Source: Octopus sinensis (lineage: Eukaryota). From it: a stretch of DNA of 64,000 nt. The stretch covers positions 9,300,001-9,364,000 of the forward strand of contig NC_043016.1 of assembly GCF_006345805.1 (NCBI RefSeq), read 5' to 3'. The notes beneath the pieces were generated by a model. The model was not told the DNA's origin and did no database searches. It saw only the letters and a program-made list of their open reading frames with translations. Both the position numbers and the translations under genes were made by a program. Shown one piece after another: positions 25,273 to 39,389 of this stretch. Each line of letters starts with the position of its first letter. Position 1 is the stretch's first letter.

Positions 25273-27190
25273 TTAGATATATATTTTTAATAGAAAGGGG
25301 CAACAAGTATCATATATGTTAAATATATAATTATTATGTGAGTATCACTTAAACATTCTGCCTGCAGTTCAATATGCTGGAAAGTTTTGATTCCTTGTAA
25401 CTAAGTTAAACTCAATATGCAAGCTATATTACTAAATGCTGCCTTGTTGGAAATTTAATAATTAACCGATATTTCAAGTACATCAATTGCACAGGTGTCA
25501 GTGATGGATTATCTAATCTACGTATTGTATTTCAGGGCAACTGTAACAGTTAATTCAAATTATCTGGAAAGTGTAGTTAACTATAAGCTGGAATAAATTT
25601 ATGAACGTAGCATACGTGTTTGGAGTACATGAGACTCTGAGTTTGTCACAACTACTAAAATAATTGAGAAGAGAATTCACTTAAGTGTGAACTTAGGTAC
25701 TTATTGTATCAGTCTCTTTTGCCAAACTGCTAAGTTATGGAGATTTAAACACATCAACACCAGTTGTCAAGCAGTGGTAGAGGACAAACATAGACACGAG
25801 CTCACACACAGACACACAGACACACACACACGCATGCACGCACACACACACACACAAACACACACACACGACAAGGCTTATGTCAGCCCAAGACTATAGT
25901 AGAAAACATTTGCCCAGGGTTCCATGCAGTGGGACTGGACTGAACCCAAAACCATGTGGTTGGGAAGTAAGCTTCTTACCACACAGCCATGACTGTGCAT
26001 ATACTTAATATTTGTTTTATATTTTGGTATAAAGGTTGCAAATTTTTTTTTAAGGAAGAGAGTATGTCAATTACATCAACCTTCATTGTTCAACTGGTAC
26101 TTGTTTCATCAACCCCAAAAGGATGAAAGCCAAATTTGATTTCAGAGGAATTTGAACCAAGAACACAGAGAGCCTGAAGAAATGCTGCAAACCATTGCGT
26201 CCGGCGTGCTAATGATTCTTATTTCTTTATTGCCCACAAGGGGCTAAACATAGAGGGGACAAACAAGGACAGACAAAGGGATTAAGTCGATTATATCGAC
26301 CCCAGTGGGTAACTGGTACTTAATTTATCAACCCTGAAAGGATGAAAGGCAAAGTCAACCTCGGCGGAATTTGAACTCAGAATGCAGCGGCAGACGAAAT
26401 ACTGCTAAGCATTTCGTCCGGCGTGCTAATGATTCTGCCAGCTCGCTGCCTTCAGTATATTGCTTGCCTGCTTCTTTTGCTTCATATTATTGCTTGATGA
26501 GGCTAGGGTCATTCCAGATTAGTGGTCCCAGGGATGTCTTCAGAGCCCTCATTTGCAAGCAATCTCATGCCAACCCCTCAGCATCCATCAAGAGGGCATT
26601 GAGCCTCTGAAGATCTTCTATCATGTCCGGCCAGTAGGTGTGGAGCCTACCACAAAGCCTCTTCCAGCCTGCTGCTGCTGCTGCTGCTGTGGCATTGAAT
26701 CGGAGTAAAGCCCTATTGGTATCATTCATCATCATCATCATCGTCATCATCATCATCATCATTTAACATCCATTGTCCATGTTTTGGCATAGATTGGACA
26801 ATTTGATCAGGGTTGGTAATCTGAGGGGCTGCACCAGACTCCAGTCTGATTTGGCATGGTCTCTATGGCTGGATGCTCTTCCTGATGCCAACCACTCAGA
26901 GAGTGTAATGGCTGCTTTTATGTTCCAGTTGCATGACACCAATATCTGCACGACTATGATTTCACTTGGCTTGGTGGGTCTTCTTCTCAAGCACAGCATA
27001 TTCCATCTATCTGTTTATATAAAATTCTTTGTGGAAGCACAATGGCCTAGTGGTTAGGGCAGCAGACTTGCAGTCGTAGGATCGCGGTTTCAATTCCCAG
27101 ACATGGCGTTGTGAGTGTTTATTGAGCAAAAACATCTAAAAGCTCCACGAGGCTCCGGCAGGGGTTGGTGACGATCCCTGCTGTACTCTT

Positions 27191-27373
27191 ATAGGCATAG
27201 GAGTGGCTGTGTGGTAAGTAGCTTGCTTACCAACCACATGGTTCTGGGTTCAGTCCCACTGTGTGGCACCTTGGACAAGTGTCTTCTACTATAGCCTCGG
27301 GCCGACCAAAGCGTTGTGAGTGGATTTGGTAGGCAGAAACTGAAAGAAACCCATCATATATATGTATATACAT

Positions 27374-27411
<38 letters not shown>

Positions 27412-27634
27412 GGTGTGTGTGTATGTTTGTGTGTTTGTGTCTGTCCCCCCCCCCAACATCACTTGACAACCGATCGATGCTGGTGTGTTTACATCCCCGT
27501 AACTTAGCAGTTCGGCAAAAGAGACCGATAGAATAAGTACTAGGCTTACAAAGAATAAGTCCTGGGGTCGATTTACTTGACTAAAGGTGGTGCTCCAGCA
27601 TGGCCAGTCAAATGACTGAAACAAGTAAAAGAGT
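27191..27634 (+). mobile_element. SINE family A copy abutting a truncated family D SINE
   Basis: Full head-to-tail match to 14961-15360. Family D (27033-27190) stops at its 5' end. Confidence 0.85.
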
Positions 27635-29643
27635 CTGTCTGTCTCCTATGCATCCTCAAACAGCTCAACCAAATCAAATTGAATTCTAAAAGGTAATAGT
27701 ATCAGATCCCATGAGTGTCAACATGTAATTCTTTTTTTTCCATTTAGATTAAAACAATATAACATTGGCACTGGTTCAGTATTACATGTCAAAAGTGAAA
27801 GAATAAGATCTATATTGTAATGTTTCACTTTTATTCTTTCATTTTTGGTTCTAAACATCATCTTTTTCCATTCTATTTGAAAACAATGAATAGTTCATAT
27901 CCTAATGTGAACAACATTATGCATCTGTAACTTTCCATCTTTACACCCACGACAGCGGAATAGTGTGTCTGTGTATGTATGTTGACTGACATAATGAACA
28001 ACTGGAGGTGAAACTCTTGACAAAAAACAATGAGGTGGCAGGTCCAAAGTATATAAAAATCGAAATTGAACCAAATTCTAAGACTGGCACCCAACCGTTG
28101 CCTGTGCCGCTAGACTGATTCCTGTGCAGATGGCAAGTAAAGAAACACCGTTTTGACCCTGTGCTTGAGGAGACCTATTGAGTCAAGTACATCAACATCA
28201 AAAATCAATGGAAATTGTAGCTGGGATCCCTGTGCCGGTGGCACGTAAAAAGCACCAACCGATCGTGGGCATTGCCAGCCTCCTCTGGCCCCTGTGCAGG
28301 TGGCATGTAAAAAACACCCACTACACTCACGGAGTGGTTGGCGTTAGGAAGGGCATCCAGCTGTAGAAACACTGCCAGATCAGACTGGAGCCTGGTGCAG
28401 CCTTCTGGCTTCCCAGACCCCGGTCGAACCATCCAACCCATGCTAGCATGGAAAATGGACATTAAACTATGATGATGATGATGATGATGATTTACCATTC
28501 AGTTACCAGTTTATAAATATTGCAGCAGGTGGCAAAGTTGCAAGTTATTTAAAAATGGAAATTAATGTTTATTTTTTTCTATGTTCATAATTTTTAGTTT
28601 ACAATATTGAAAAAAATATGTCACCAAAGAAAAGACATACTCTCTCCAGAATTTATTTGGAAAAGGGTACAGACAATGAAATTGGTTTTGGTACTTATTG
28701 TTTTCAGAAAGATGACAAATGTAGTTAAACTCTGCAGGATTTGAACTCAGGCCATGAAGGGAAATAACTTGATATTGGTTTAAAATATTTGCATGACACT
28801 GATTCTGCCGTTATGCTTAACATAATTTAATATTGGTTTAAATTTTGGCACAAGGCCCAAAATTTGGTGGGAAGGGGTAAGTTGATTACCTTGACCCCAG
28901 TGCTCAAGGAGTACTAATTTCATTGATCCTGAAAGGTAAAGTCAACCTTGGCAGAATTTGAACTCAGAACATAAAGACAGACAAAATTCCACTCAGCATT
29001 TTGCCTACCATGCTAATGATTCTGCCAGTTCACTGCCTTAACATAATTTAATATTGATTTCAAATTTTGGCACAAGGCCAGCAATTTCAAAGGAGGGTAT
29101 AAGTCAATCATCCTGATTCCAATGTTCCATTGGTGTTTATTTTATTGACCCTCAAAAAGATGGAAGGCAAAGTTAACCCTGGTGGCATTTGAATTCAGAG
29201 CGCAAAGTTGGAAGAAATGCCACTAAGCATTTTTCCCAATGCAGTAAAGATTCTGCCAACAGATCACGTTGACATGATATAATATTGATCTCAAATTCTG
29301 GCACAAGGCCAGCAATTTCGGTAAAGATTCAGTCAGCTCACCACCTAAATATGATTTAATTTTTGAGTGATATTCAGTGTAGCATTTTACCAATGCTACT
29401 TATCCAATATTCCACTCTCACAAGTGACAATGCTCTTTTCTGTGATGAGCACAAGGCCTGAAATTTTGTTGAGAGGGTTAGTCAATTACATCAACCTCTG
29501 TGCTCAGCTAGTAATTATTTCATCAACCCTGAAAGGATGAAAAGCAAAGTTGACACTTGAACTCAAAATGTGGAGTCAGGAGAAATGCTGCAAGGATATT
29601 TAGGATTTTTCCTGCTTGCCATCTCAAAAGTAATAATAGAAAT

Positions 29644-29937
29644 CATCACCATCACGTGACCGACCAGTCCATCAGATGTTGTTACACATTGCTGGTCACA
29701 ATGCGTTCGCATTGTTTTAGCCTTCGAATGACGCCACCCCGCTGGCTAAGCGAGCAAGCCAACAGAAGAAAGAGTGGTGAAAGAGTACAGCAGGGATCAC
29801 CACCCCCTGCCGGAGCCTCGTGGAGCTTTTAGGTGTTTTCACTCAATAAACACTCACAACGCCTGGTCTGGGAATCGAAACTGCGATCCTATGACCGCGA
29901 GTCCGCTGCCCTAACCACTAGGCCATTGCACCTCCAC
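29644..29937 (-). mobile_element. SINE family D (tRNA-like head, RTE-like (GAT)n tail) with TSD
   Basis: Head TGGCCTAGTGGTTAGGGCAGCGGACTCGCGG...TTTCGATTCCC. TSD ATAATAGAAAT at 29633-29643 and 29938-29948. Other copies at about 15779-16086, 27033-27190 and 32031-32250 (+). Confidence 0.85.
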
Positions 29938-30816
29938 ATAATAGAAATACTCACGTAAAAAGCATCAACCAATCGTGGCCGTTGCCAGCCTTGCCTGGCA
30001 CGTAAAAAGCACCCACTACACTCACAGAGTGGTTGGCGTTAGGAAGGGCATCCAGCTGTAGAAACACTGCCAGATCAGACTGGGCCTGGTGCAGCCTCCT
30101 AGCTTTCCAAATCCCAGTTGAACCATCCAACCCATGCTAGCATGGAAAGCGGACGTTAAACGATGATGGTGATGATTAGCATTGTACCAACCTTAACAGA
30201 ATTTGAACTCAGAACTGAAGAATATTGAACAAGAGACACTACTGCAGCATTACATTCTCCAGACATTCCATGATTCTACAACAAATTTGGGTTTATTTTG
30301 AGCAATATCAGATAGAAGTTTGCAAAAAAAAATTCAAAGATGGCTTTTAAGTGCCAGCACAGTGTGATGGATTAGCAGATTTCTAAGAGCTTTGGATGAA
30401 ATTCTTTGTACAATTAATTCTAGTTTTTTACATTTTGAATGTCCTAGCAGATGTGGTAAACTTGTTTGCACTTTAGTTAGTAAGATGGTATCTGATAAAA
30501 AAAAAATTTTTAAAACCCCAGAGAAAGTCTTTTTGAAGTGTATCAGGAAAATTCAATGACAAATATGTAGCACTTGTCATTGTGGTTACCAAGGGTTGAC
30601 ATGAAGGTGTAAGGAAACCGTCAGGGCTTATTTGTCAGCCTAATGGTGCAAGGAAGTCATCAGGGGTTATTTGACAATCTGATGGTTAAAGAAGAGTTAT
30701 CATGAATTATTTGTTTGCTTGATGGTATAAAGAAGTCACCAAAGGTTACTTATCAAGCTAATAGTGCAAGAAACACATCAGAGATTAGTTGTTAACCTAA
30801 TGGTGCAAAAATATAT

Positions 30817-31043
30817 ATTTCTTTACTGCCCACAAGGGGCTAAACATAGAGGGGACAAACAAGGACAGACAAAGGGATTAAGTCGATTACATCGACCCCA
30901 GTGCAAAATTGGTACTTTATTTATCGACCCCAAAAGGATGAAAGGCAAAGTCGACCTCAGCAGAATTTGAACTAAGAACGTAACGACAGACGAAATACCG
31001 CTAAGCATTTCACCCAGCATGCTATCGTTTCTGCCAGCTTGCC
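30817..31043 (-). mobile_element. SINE family B copy with TSD
   Basis: TSD GCAAAAATATAT at 30805-30816 and 31044-31055. Confidence 0.85.
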
Positions 31044-31109
31044 GCAAAAATATATTCATGGAAAATGTCATAATTCACATTTACCATAACAATACTTGAC
31101 TACATCTTC

Positions 31110-31360
31110 AGCATTAAATCAGGCAATCAATAAACAAGGTTGGCTAGTGTTTCTTCCATTCACTATACAGCTCAATTCTGGCTCCTTCCAACTCTCATCT
31201 GTTTGGTCCAATGAAGGAACAATGATTTCACGACACAGGTGGGATGAAAGTGGCTATGAAGAATTGGGTACAGTAGTGTATGCCTGAATGTTTTCAAGGA
31301 ACATTTGAAAGTTAATTTAGCACAAATGCATGGCTTGTGATGGGATCTATATTAAGTAGC
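31110..31360 (+). mobile_element. Mariner transposase C-terminal relic
   Basis: Manual translation KQGWLVFLP/HSLYSSILAPSNSHLFGPMKE* resembles the mariner motif GWEVLPHPPYSPDLAPSDFHLFGPLKE. Contains stops and a frameshift. Confidence 0.65.
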
Positions 31361-31477
31361 ACTTTTTTATTGGGGAATAGTTACTCTACCAACATGTGCA
31401 ATTTGAGCAATCTATGTCTGTTTAAAAATGTGTTTGCTTTTGCATTAGTTTTTATATAACCCTCTTATCATAAACCC

Positions 31478-31633
31478 GAGTGGCTGTGTGGTAAGTAGCT
31501 TGCTAACCAACCACATGGTTCCGGGTTCAGTCCCACTGCGTGGCACTTTGGGCAAGTGTCTTCTGCTATAGCCCCGGGCCGACCAATGCCTTGTGAGTGG
31601 ATTTGGTAGACGGAAACTGAAAGAAGCCTATCG

Positions 31634-31697
<64 letters not shown>

Positions 31698-31930
31698 ATG
31701 TGTGTGTGTGTTTGTGTGTCTGTGTTTGTCCCCCTAGCATTGCTTGACAACCGATGCCGGTGTGTTTACGTCCCCGTCACTTATCGGTTCGGCAAAGGAG
31801 ACTGATAGAATAAGTACTGGGCTTACAAAGAATAAGTCCCGGGGTCGAGTTGCTCGACTAAAGGCGGTGCTCCAGCATGGCCGCAGTCAAATGACTGAAA
31901 CAAGTAAAAGAGTAAAGAGTAAAAGAGAGT
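31478..31930 (+). mobile_element. SINE family A copy
   Basis: Full-length match with an expanded internal (TA)n/(TG)n tract. Confidence 0.85.
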
Positions 31931-33099
31931 AATGGTACTGTATAGCAACTTCATTCTAGATGACATTTCAGTTTTTTCCTATATGACCATACTATGTTGT
32001 TGAACTAATATGCATTATATCAAAGGGATATGTGGAGGCGTAATGGCCCTGGGGTTAGGGCAGCAGACTTGCAATCGTGGGATCGTGGTTTCAATTCCCA
32101 GACCAGGCGTTGTGAGTGTTTATTGAGCGAAAACACCTAAAAGCTCCACGAGGGTCTTTCTTCTGTTGGCCTGCCCACTTAGCCAGCAGAGTGGCATCAT
32201 TTGAAGGCTAAAACAATGCGAAGCACTTCGTGACCTGTGATGTGTAGCAGCAAATAAAATGGAAAAGGCATTGCCTTGGAGGATGGCAAGAGAGATGTAT
32301 CAGAACAGCCACTCCAACTTGCATTTACAGACAACTGTCCCTGCCCTGATAGCAGTGAATAGAGATATGGTCCTGGGGTTAAGAACACTGGAGGTCTCCA
32401 CTGCCATAGGCTTGACCACAAATTTCTCAGAGAGCAACTGACACTTTGTCAATTTGCCCCTCTCAGCTTGATGAGATGGGTAAGCTTGGGTTGACAGTCA
32501 AACACACTAGATTGTTGCCGGAGAGACCAATCAGAAACCAGAAATCTGTCAGACATTTCAGCTATTTAAACAGAAGTCAGATTGTTTCCTCTTTTATTCT
32601 GATTTTCATTCAGCAGCAACTATGAACCAGCTACTTTACTCCCTGTCTTCACACTTACCTAGCCATTAGCTCTTTGTTAAACTAAGTGAAAAAATCAATT
32701 ACTAATTACGTTTACTTCACCCATTTAACAACGCATACATTATCCACTTTTTTTTCTCTGTTGGCCATTATCATTTTGTACACATTGACCTTATAAACCA
32801 GAAAAAATGTGCCGACACTTTCTACACATCATATTACTCAATTGACTTTGTAAAACAAGAAATACAAACATATGTTCCTGCATCATATTATTCCACTTAA
32901 ATTTTCATAAATATCATATAACAAAACTTATTACTTTTTGATGTTATAGGCGCATGCATGGCTGTATAGTAAGAAGTTTGCTTTCCAATCAACTGGTCTT
33001 TGGTTCAATTCTACTGCATGGAACTTTGGACTAGTGTCTTCTACTATAACACCAGGCTATAGTGGATTTAGTAAACAGAAACTGAAAGAAGCCTATTGT

Positions 33100-33118
33100 G
33101 CATATGATGTATGTATGC

Positions 33119-33151
<33 letters not shown>

Positions 33152-33775
33152 TGTATGTATGTATGTATGTATGTATGTATGTATGTATGTTTCTATGTAT
33201 GTATGTATGCCTGTATAGTTGTATGTATATGTGTATGTATGTATGTATGTTTGTATGTATGTATGTATGTATGTATGTATGTATGCATGCATGCATGTAT
33301 ATTTGTATGTATGTATGTATATTTGTATGTATGTATGTATGTATATTTGTATGTATGTATGTATGTATGCATGTATGTATGTATGTATGTATGTATGCAT
33401 ATATGCATGCATGTATATTTGTATGCATGTATGTATGTATGTATATTTGTATGTATGTATGTATGTATGTATGTATGTATGTATATTTGTATGCATGTAT
33501 GTATGTATGCATGTATGTATGCATGTATATTTGTATGTATGTATGTATGCATGTATGTATGTATGTATGTATGCATGTATGTATGTTTGTATGTATGTAT
33601 GTGTGTGTATGTGTATGTATGTATGTATGTATGTATGTATGTATGTATGTATGTTTGTATGTATGTATGCATGCATGTATATGAGTATGTTTGTATGTGT
33701 GTGTATGTATCCATGTATGCATGCAGTTTTGAATTATATTTGTATATTTGTATATATGTATGCATGTATGTATAT
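33100..33775. repeat. (TATG)n microsatellite
   Basis: Read directly. It follows a family A SINE head at about 32946-33095. Confidence 0.95.
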
Positions 33776-35039
33776 CATCATCATTATCATCATCATCATC
33801 ATCATAGTTTAACGTCCATTCTCCATGCTAGCATGGGTTAGATGGTTTGACTGAAGTCTGGCAAGCCAGTGGGCTGCACTAGGCTCCAATCTGATCTAGC
33901 AATGTTTCTACTACTGGATGCCCTTCCTAACACCAATCACTTCAAGAGTGTCATAGGTGCTTTTTACAAGCCACCAGCATGGGAGCCAGTCAGGTAGGTG
34001 CTCCAACATGGCCACAGTCTAATTACTGAAGCAAATGAAAGGCAAGAGACAAAAGACTTAAAAAGACAGCTAAAATATCGACATATACATAATAACAGTA
34101 ACATTATTCTTTTATTTGGTTCAGTCATTTGACTGCGGCCTTGCTGGAGCACCGCCTTTAGTCGAGCAAATCAACCCCAGAACTTATTCTTTGTAAGCCT
34201 AGTAATTATTCTATCAGTCTAATTTGCTGAACTGCTAAGTTACAGGGACGTAAACACACCAGTATCGGATGTCAAGCAATTTTGGGGGGACAAACACAGA
34301 CACACACACACATGCATATATATGCTACAGGCTTCTTTCAGTTTCCATCTACCAAATCCACTCACAAGGCTTTGGTTGGCCTAAGGCTATAGTAGAAGAC
34401 ACTTACCCAATGTGCCACACAGTGGGACTGAACCCAGAACCCAGAACCATGTGGTTGCTAAGCAAACCACTTACCACACGGTCATTCCTGTGCCTGTGAG
34501 AAAAAACCCAGGAGGACATCTCCTCCAGCTGGCTAATGACACACCGTCTGTGTCCAATTAGTATTATGGTATTTAGTTACTTGACCCCTTCATTCCCATG
34601 AAACATAAGCCATTAACAACCTTTGTGCCTACTATTCTAAAGTCTGAGTCATTTTTTTCTGCTTCTCTTCAGTTGGATCCCTATTTTTTTCAGCTCTGTC
34701 TTTTGGATTTTGCATCACCCCATCGTATGTTTCTGTTATGAATGGCCTTCCTCTTCCAATTCAGAGTGATTTTGGAATTGTCATCAATGCTTCTGTAGTT
34801 TTTTTTGTTTTTTTTTTAGGTAGGGGTGTAGGTCCTACACAAACTCATTTTTACCTCTGGGAAGAAGTGACTCATATTAGTCTGGCCTATATCCTTTGAC
34901 CTATTACACATAGGAGGAAGCTAACAGGAGCTTGTACTCTGCTGGGATAGCTCTTAGGGTCACCGTGGCATACAAGTAACCACACAGCAACAAGGACTAT
35001 AGTAACACTATAGTAACCGTGATATATAACAGTGTGTAG

Positions 35040-35287
35040 AGTGAGAGAGTGTGGGGGGGGGGGAGTGAGAGACAGAAACAGAAAGAGACAGAAATGAGGG
35101 AGAGAGAGAGAGATGAAGAGAGACAGAAGGAGAGAGATATAAACAGAAGATGGAGAGAGAGAGAGACAGAAACAGAGGGAGAAAGTCGGAGAGAGTTAGA
35201 GAAACAGAAACAAAAACAGAGAGAGAGACAGAAAGAGATAAAGAGCGGGAGAAAGACAAAGATAGGCAGAGAGACAGGGAGAGATAG

Positions 35288-35340
<53 letters not shown>

Positions 35341-35645
35341 AACAGAGAGAGATAGAAAAAGACAAAGACAGGGAGAGACAGAGACAATGAGATACAGACA
35401 CAGACAGACAGAGAGAAAGGGAGTGAAAGAGGAGAGAAAAAGAGAGGAAGGATGAGAGAGGGAGAGAGAGAAGGAGAGAAAGAGAGGAGAGAAGAGAGAG
35501 GGAGAGAAAGAGGGAGAGAGAGAAGGAGAGAAAGAGAGGAGGAAAGAGAGAGGGAGGGAGAGAAGGAGAGAAAGAGAGAGAGAGAGGAGAAAAAGAGAGA
35601 GAGACAGGGAGAGAGAAGGAGAGAAAGAGAGGAAGGAAGAGAGTG

Positions 35646-35682
<37 letters not shown>
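35040..35682. repeat. (GA)n-rich purine tract
   Basis: Read directly. Confidence 0.9.
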
Positions 35683-35686
<4 letters not shown>

Positions 35687-36031
35687 GCTGCAGTTTAAGA
35701 TAATTATCTTGCCTAAGGATCAAACCAATGGTACCAGGTAACTGTTTTTTTATAAGGATATCAAACCTGAAATAAAACTGCAATTTATTTGTTGAAATAC
35801 CATTTATGGATCAAACCATTTGTAAGATTACAGAAACTATTCAAACTATTCGAACACCACAGGAAAAAGGCAGCTGCGTAGAACTGCACAAGAGTAGACA
35901 GAGAATATTTGATTTACAGTTAATGTTCCACAGATGGTAAATTACTAATACAACACACACACACAGACATATATGTGCATGTATGTATATATACATACAT
36001 ACATACATATATTTATCATCATCATCATATA

Positions 36032-36078
<47 letters not shown>

Positions 36079-36206
36079 GACATATATATATAATATATAA
36101 ATACATTCATATATATGTTTGTGTGTATATAAATGAGTATATGTATGTGTATTATATATATATATATATATATACACACACATACATACACACACACATA
36201 TATATA

Positions 36207-36243
<37 letters not shown>

Positions 36244-36944
36244 TAGATAGATAGATATAGATATATATATATACATACATACATACATACATACATACAT
36301 ACATAAATACATGCATATATACATACATACATACATATGTATTTAAATTTTACTGAATATTATATCATGCACTTTATTTAGCTCAGGTGCAAAAATGCAA
36401 AAAATATAAAAAAAGAAAGAAAATGAAACAGACCCTTTTGGTAAATTTTTGATAGTAAGTTCCAGGATCCTATTCCACACCAAATTATCTTTATAAATAT
36501 TGTAATATTGGTGCTTGTTGCAATTTTCATTCTCTTTATCCATAACTGCAAAGCAATCAAATGCATTTTTAAAAGTTTTCTTTAACTTACATCATCTTTT
36601 ACATATTGAGATCTGCTTCCATTAGTATCTGCCATTTCCATCTGTCTTTGTGTTCTGAGTTCAAATTCTACCGAGGTTAACTCTGCTTTTTCTCGTTTTC
36701 AGGTCGATAAAATAAGTACAAGTTTAGCACAGTAGTTGATGTAATTGAGTTATCCCTTCCACTGAAATTGCTGGCCTTGTGCCAAAATTTGAAACCATTA
36801 TCATCTGTTGATTCCCCATCTTCAAAAATAGTATTTGTTTATTGTCTCAGCTGTGTTTTGTTTTATTTTGGTCATCAAAAACACCATCTTTAAATATAAC
36901 ATTCAAATCCATCTCAGTATATTTACTACACTATCATACCTAGT

Positions 36945-37060
36945 TGCCCTTTCTTTACATGTCTTACATTATTAACTCCAAATAGTTTTACATATCTATC
37001 CAACCATCCAGACCTTCCAGAATATGTTTTTCTAGTTTCCCCTTTCTGTTTGGTTTCCTT
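36945..37060 (-). mobile_element. Possible pogo/Tigger transposase relic
   Basis: SGRSGWLDRYVKLFGVNNVR loosely resembles the Tigger/CENP-B motif ASRGWLDRFK.R.GI. Short match only. Confidence 0.3.
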
Positions 37061-37438
37061 TGGACTGCTGCAAACACAGTGGGTGTATCTGATTTGATGG
37101 CCACTTAATGTAAAGAAATGTGTGATCTTCATTCCAAATTGACAAAAAGCATTTCATTTTAATCATTGTAATGCTTGTTTCAAATTCAAGGATCAAACAA
37201 CAGTTGTGGGTTTTCCTTTTCTATAAAGTTTCATGTTCTGATTACACACTATAGTAGCCAGATTTAAAATGGTAAAGATTGGAACAATTGCCCTGGGCCT
37301 GCTGTCAGACAAAGTACACCTATCAGAAAGAACTCCACAAGCTCCCTTTCATGAAGGGACCCCTCAGCATACATACATGCAGGGATACATCATCATCATC
37401 ATCATTATTATCTAACGTCTGTTATCTATGGGTTGGCT

Positions 37439-37857
37439 AACCAATTCTACTATATGGCTCAGAAACCTGGACATTATCAAAGAAGCTTGAGAGGCGGTTG
37501 GATGGAACTTACACTCGCCTCCTTATGAGAGCTCAAAATATCTCGTGAAAGCATCATCCAACCAAAGTACAAATATATGGGAAATTATCACCTGTATCAT
37601 CTCTTGTGAAAGGTAGAAGAGTCCAGTTTGCTTGACATTGTTGTAGAGCTGAAAACAAGGTAATTTCTACTCTTCTCCTCTGCAAGCCATCTGCTCGCGA
37701 TACCAGAGGGCACACACTCTCCTACCCAGATGTAATCTCCAGGGATACAGGCATCCAGCAACAGGACCTCCGTAATGCTATGATGGAGCGTGAAGTCTGG
37801 TGTAACATAGTAAATTCCATTGTCTCGACCATGGTCGAACAATGATGATGATGATGG
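37439..37857 (+). mobile_element. 3' end of a second RTE-like LINE family with a (GAT)n tail
   Basis: Manual translation PILLYGSETWTLSKKLERRLDGTYTRLLMRAQNIS*...RRVQFA*HC...DLRNAMMEREVW, ending in GATGATGATG. Confidence 0.8.
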
Positions 37858-38321
37858 GTTGGACAGCTTGACTGAGAACTGGTAAGCAGCACCAGCTTCC
37901 AATCTGATTTGGTATGGTTTCTACAGCTGGATGCCCTTCCTAATGTCAACCACTCCTGTTGAAGATGGTGTATGAGTGTTCACTTTTTGCTCAATGACCT
38001 GCACAAATGATTTGTTAATAGTGATCAAATGTATATGTGGTACATAAGCTCATTTCTTCCATCAAATTGACATTGCCATACAGGTGCCCAAATATGCTCT
38101 ATGTCAGATGTTGAAATGATCAATACATACATGCATGCATACGTACATACATACCAACATAGTTCTGATGAAATATTTGCTAAAAAGTCATAATGGAGTA
38201 TATGGTCTTATACTTCTGAGGAGAGCACTTTATTTCAAATTGATGTAATGCTTACATTGTTTGATTAAATGGAGCTGCCTGAAACGGCTGCAACGCACTG
38301 GACATCCTTGTTACTTATTTG

Positions 38322-38364
<43 letters not shown>

Positions 38365-39348
38365 GGATGACCTGTAAGTGGACATCCATTATGCAAGAAG
38401 AAGATCAGCTATGGTCTTACCACTAAGAAAGGAATGTTCTCAAGAAAATTTAGCAAACGCCAGAACGTAAGCGAGCAAGACAAATGAAAAGATACAAAAT
38501 ATAGATTAATCACAAACCAGGTTTCATTGTTAATGTTTATGTAATCATACGCATACTCGTTAGTGTGATCATATTTTATATGTATGTAATATAATTTTTT
38601 TCTGAAAATTCAGATTTTTAAATATGCTAGACCACTGGTTTTAAATTGACATTAATCAAAGTAATATTCAATTTTTCACCCTTATTATTTTAAATTTAAA
38701 TTTAAATAGCTATGTTCTCTAACCGGCAAAATTCACTGCAGAGAATTATTTTCTGCAGAAATATTTCCGGTAGTTTGGTGCGCCAAAACGAAGGCTTTTG
38801 AAAAGTGACTCCAATTGTAATTAGTAGAACTGTATACATGTTCAATCTCATGTGGATGTTTTGCATATAGTTCTGCAAATTATAGTTGCTAAGACGATCA
38901 CACTGACGAGTCTGTGGATGATTACGTAAGCATTAACAACAAAACCTGGTTTGTGATTAATCTATATTTTGTATCTTTTCATTTGTCTTGCTCACTTACA
39001 TTCTGGCGTTTGCTAAATTTTCTTGAGAACATTCCTTTCTTAGTGGTAAGACCATAGCAGATCTTCTTCTAGCATAATGGATGTCCACTTACAAGTCATC
39101 CCTTTTATATGTATATATATGTATTCTTTTATTTGTTTCAGTTATTTGACAGCAGCCATGCTGGAGCACCATCTTTTAGTTGAAGAAATCAACCCCAGGA
39201 TTTATTGTTTGTAAGCCTGGTACTTATTCTATCAGTCTCTTTTGCCAAACCACTAAATTACAGGGACATAAACACACCAACATCAGTTGTCAAGTGATGG
39301 TGGAGGAACAAACACAGACACACACGCATATATATATATGTATATAGG

Positions 39349-39389
<41 letters not shown>

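Noticed and set aside
38900-38930. CTGACGA-GTC(TGTG)GAT hammerhead-like core
   Set aside because: Lacks the GAAA core and a complementary stem I.
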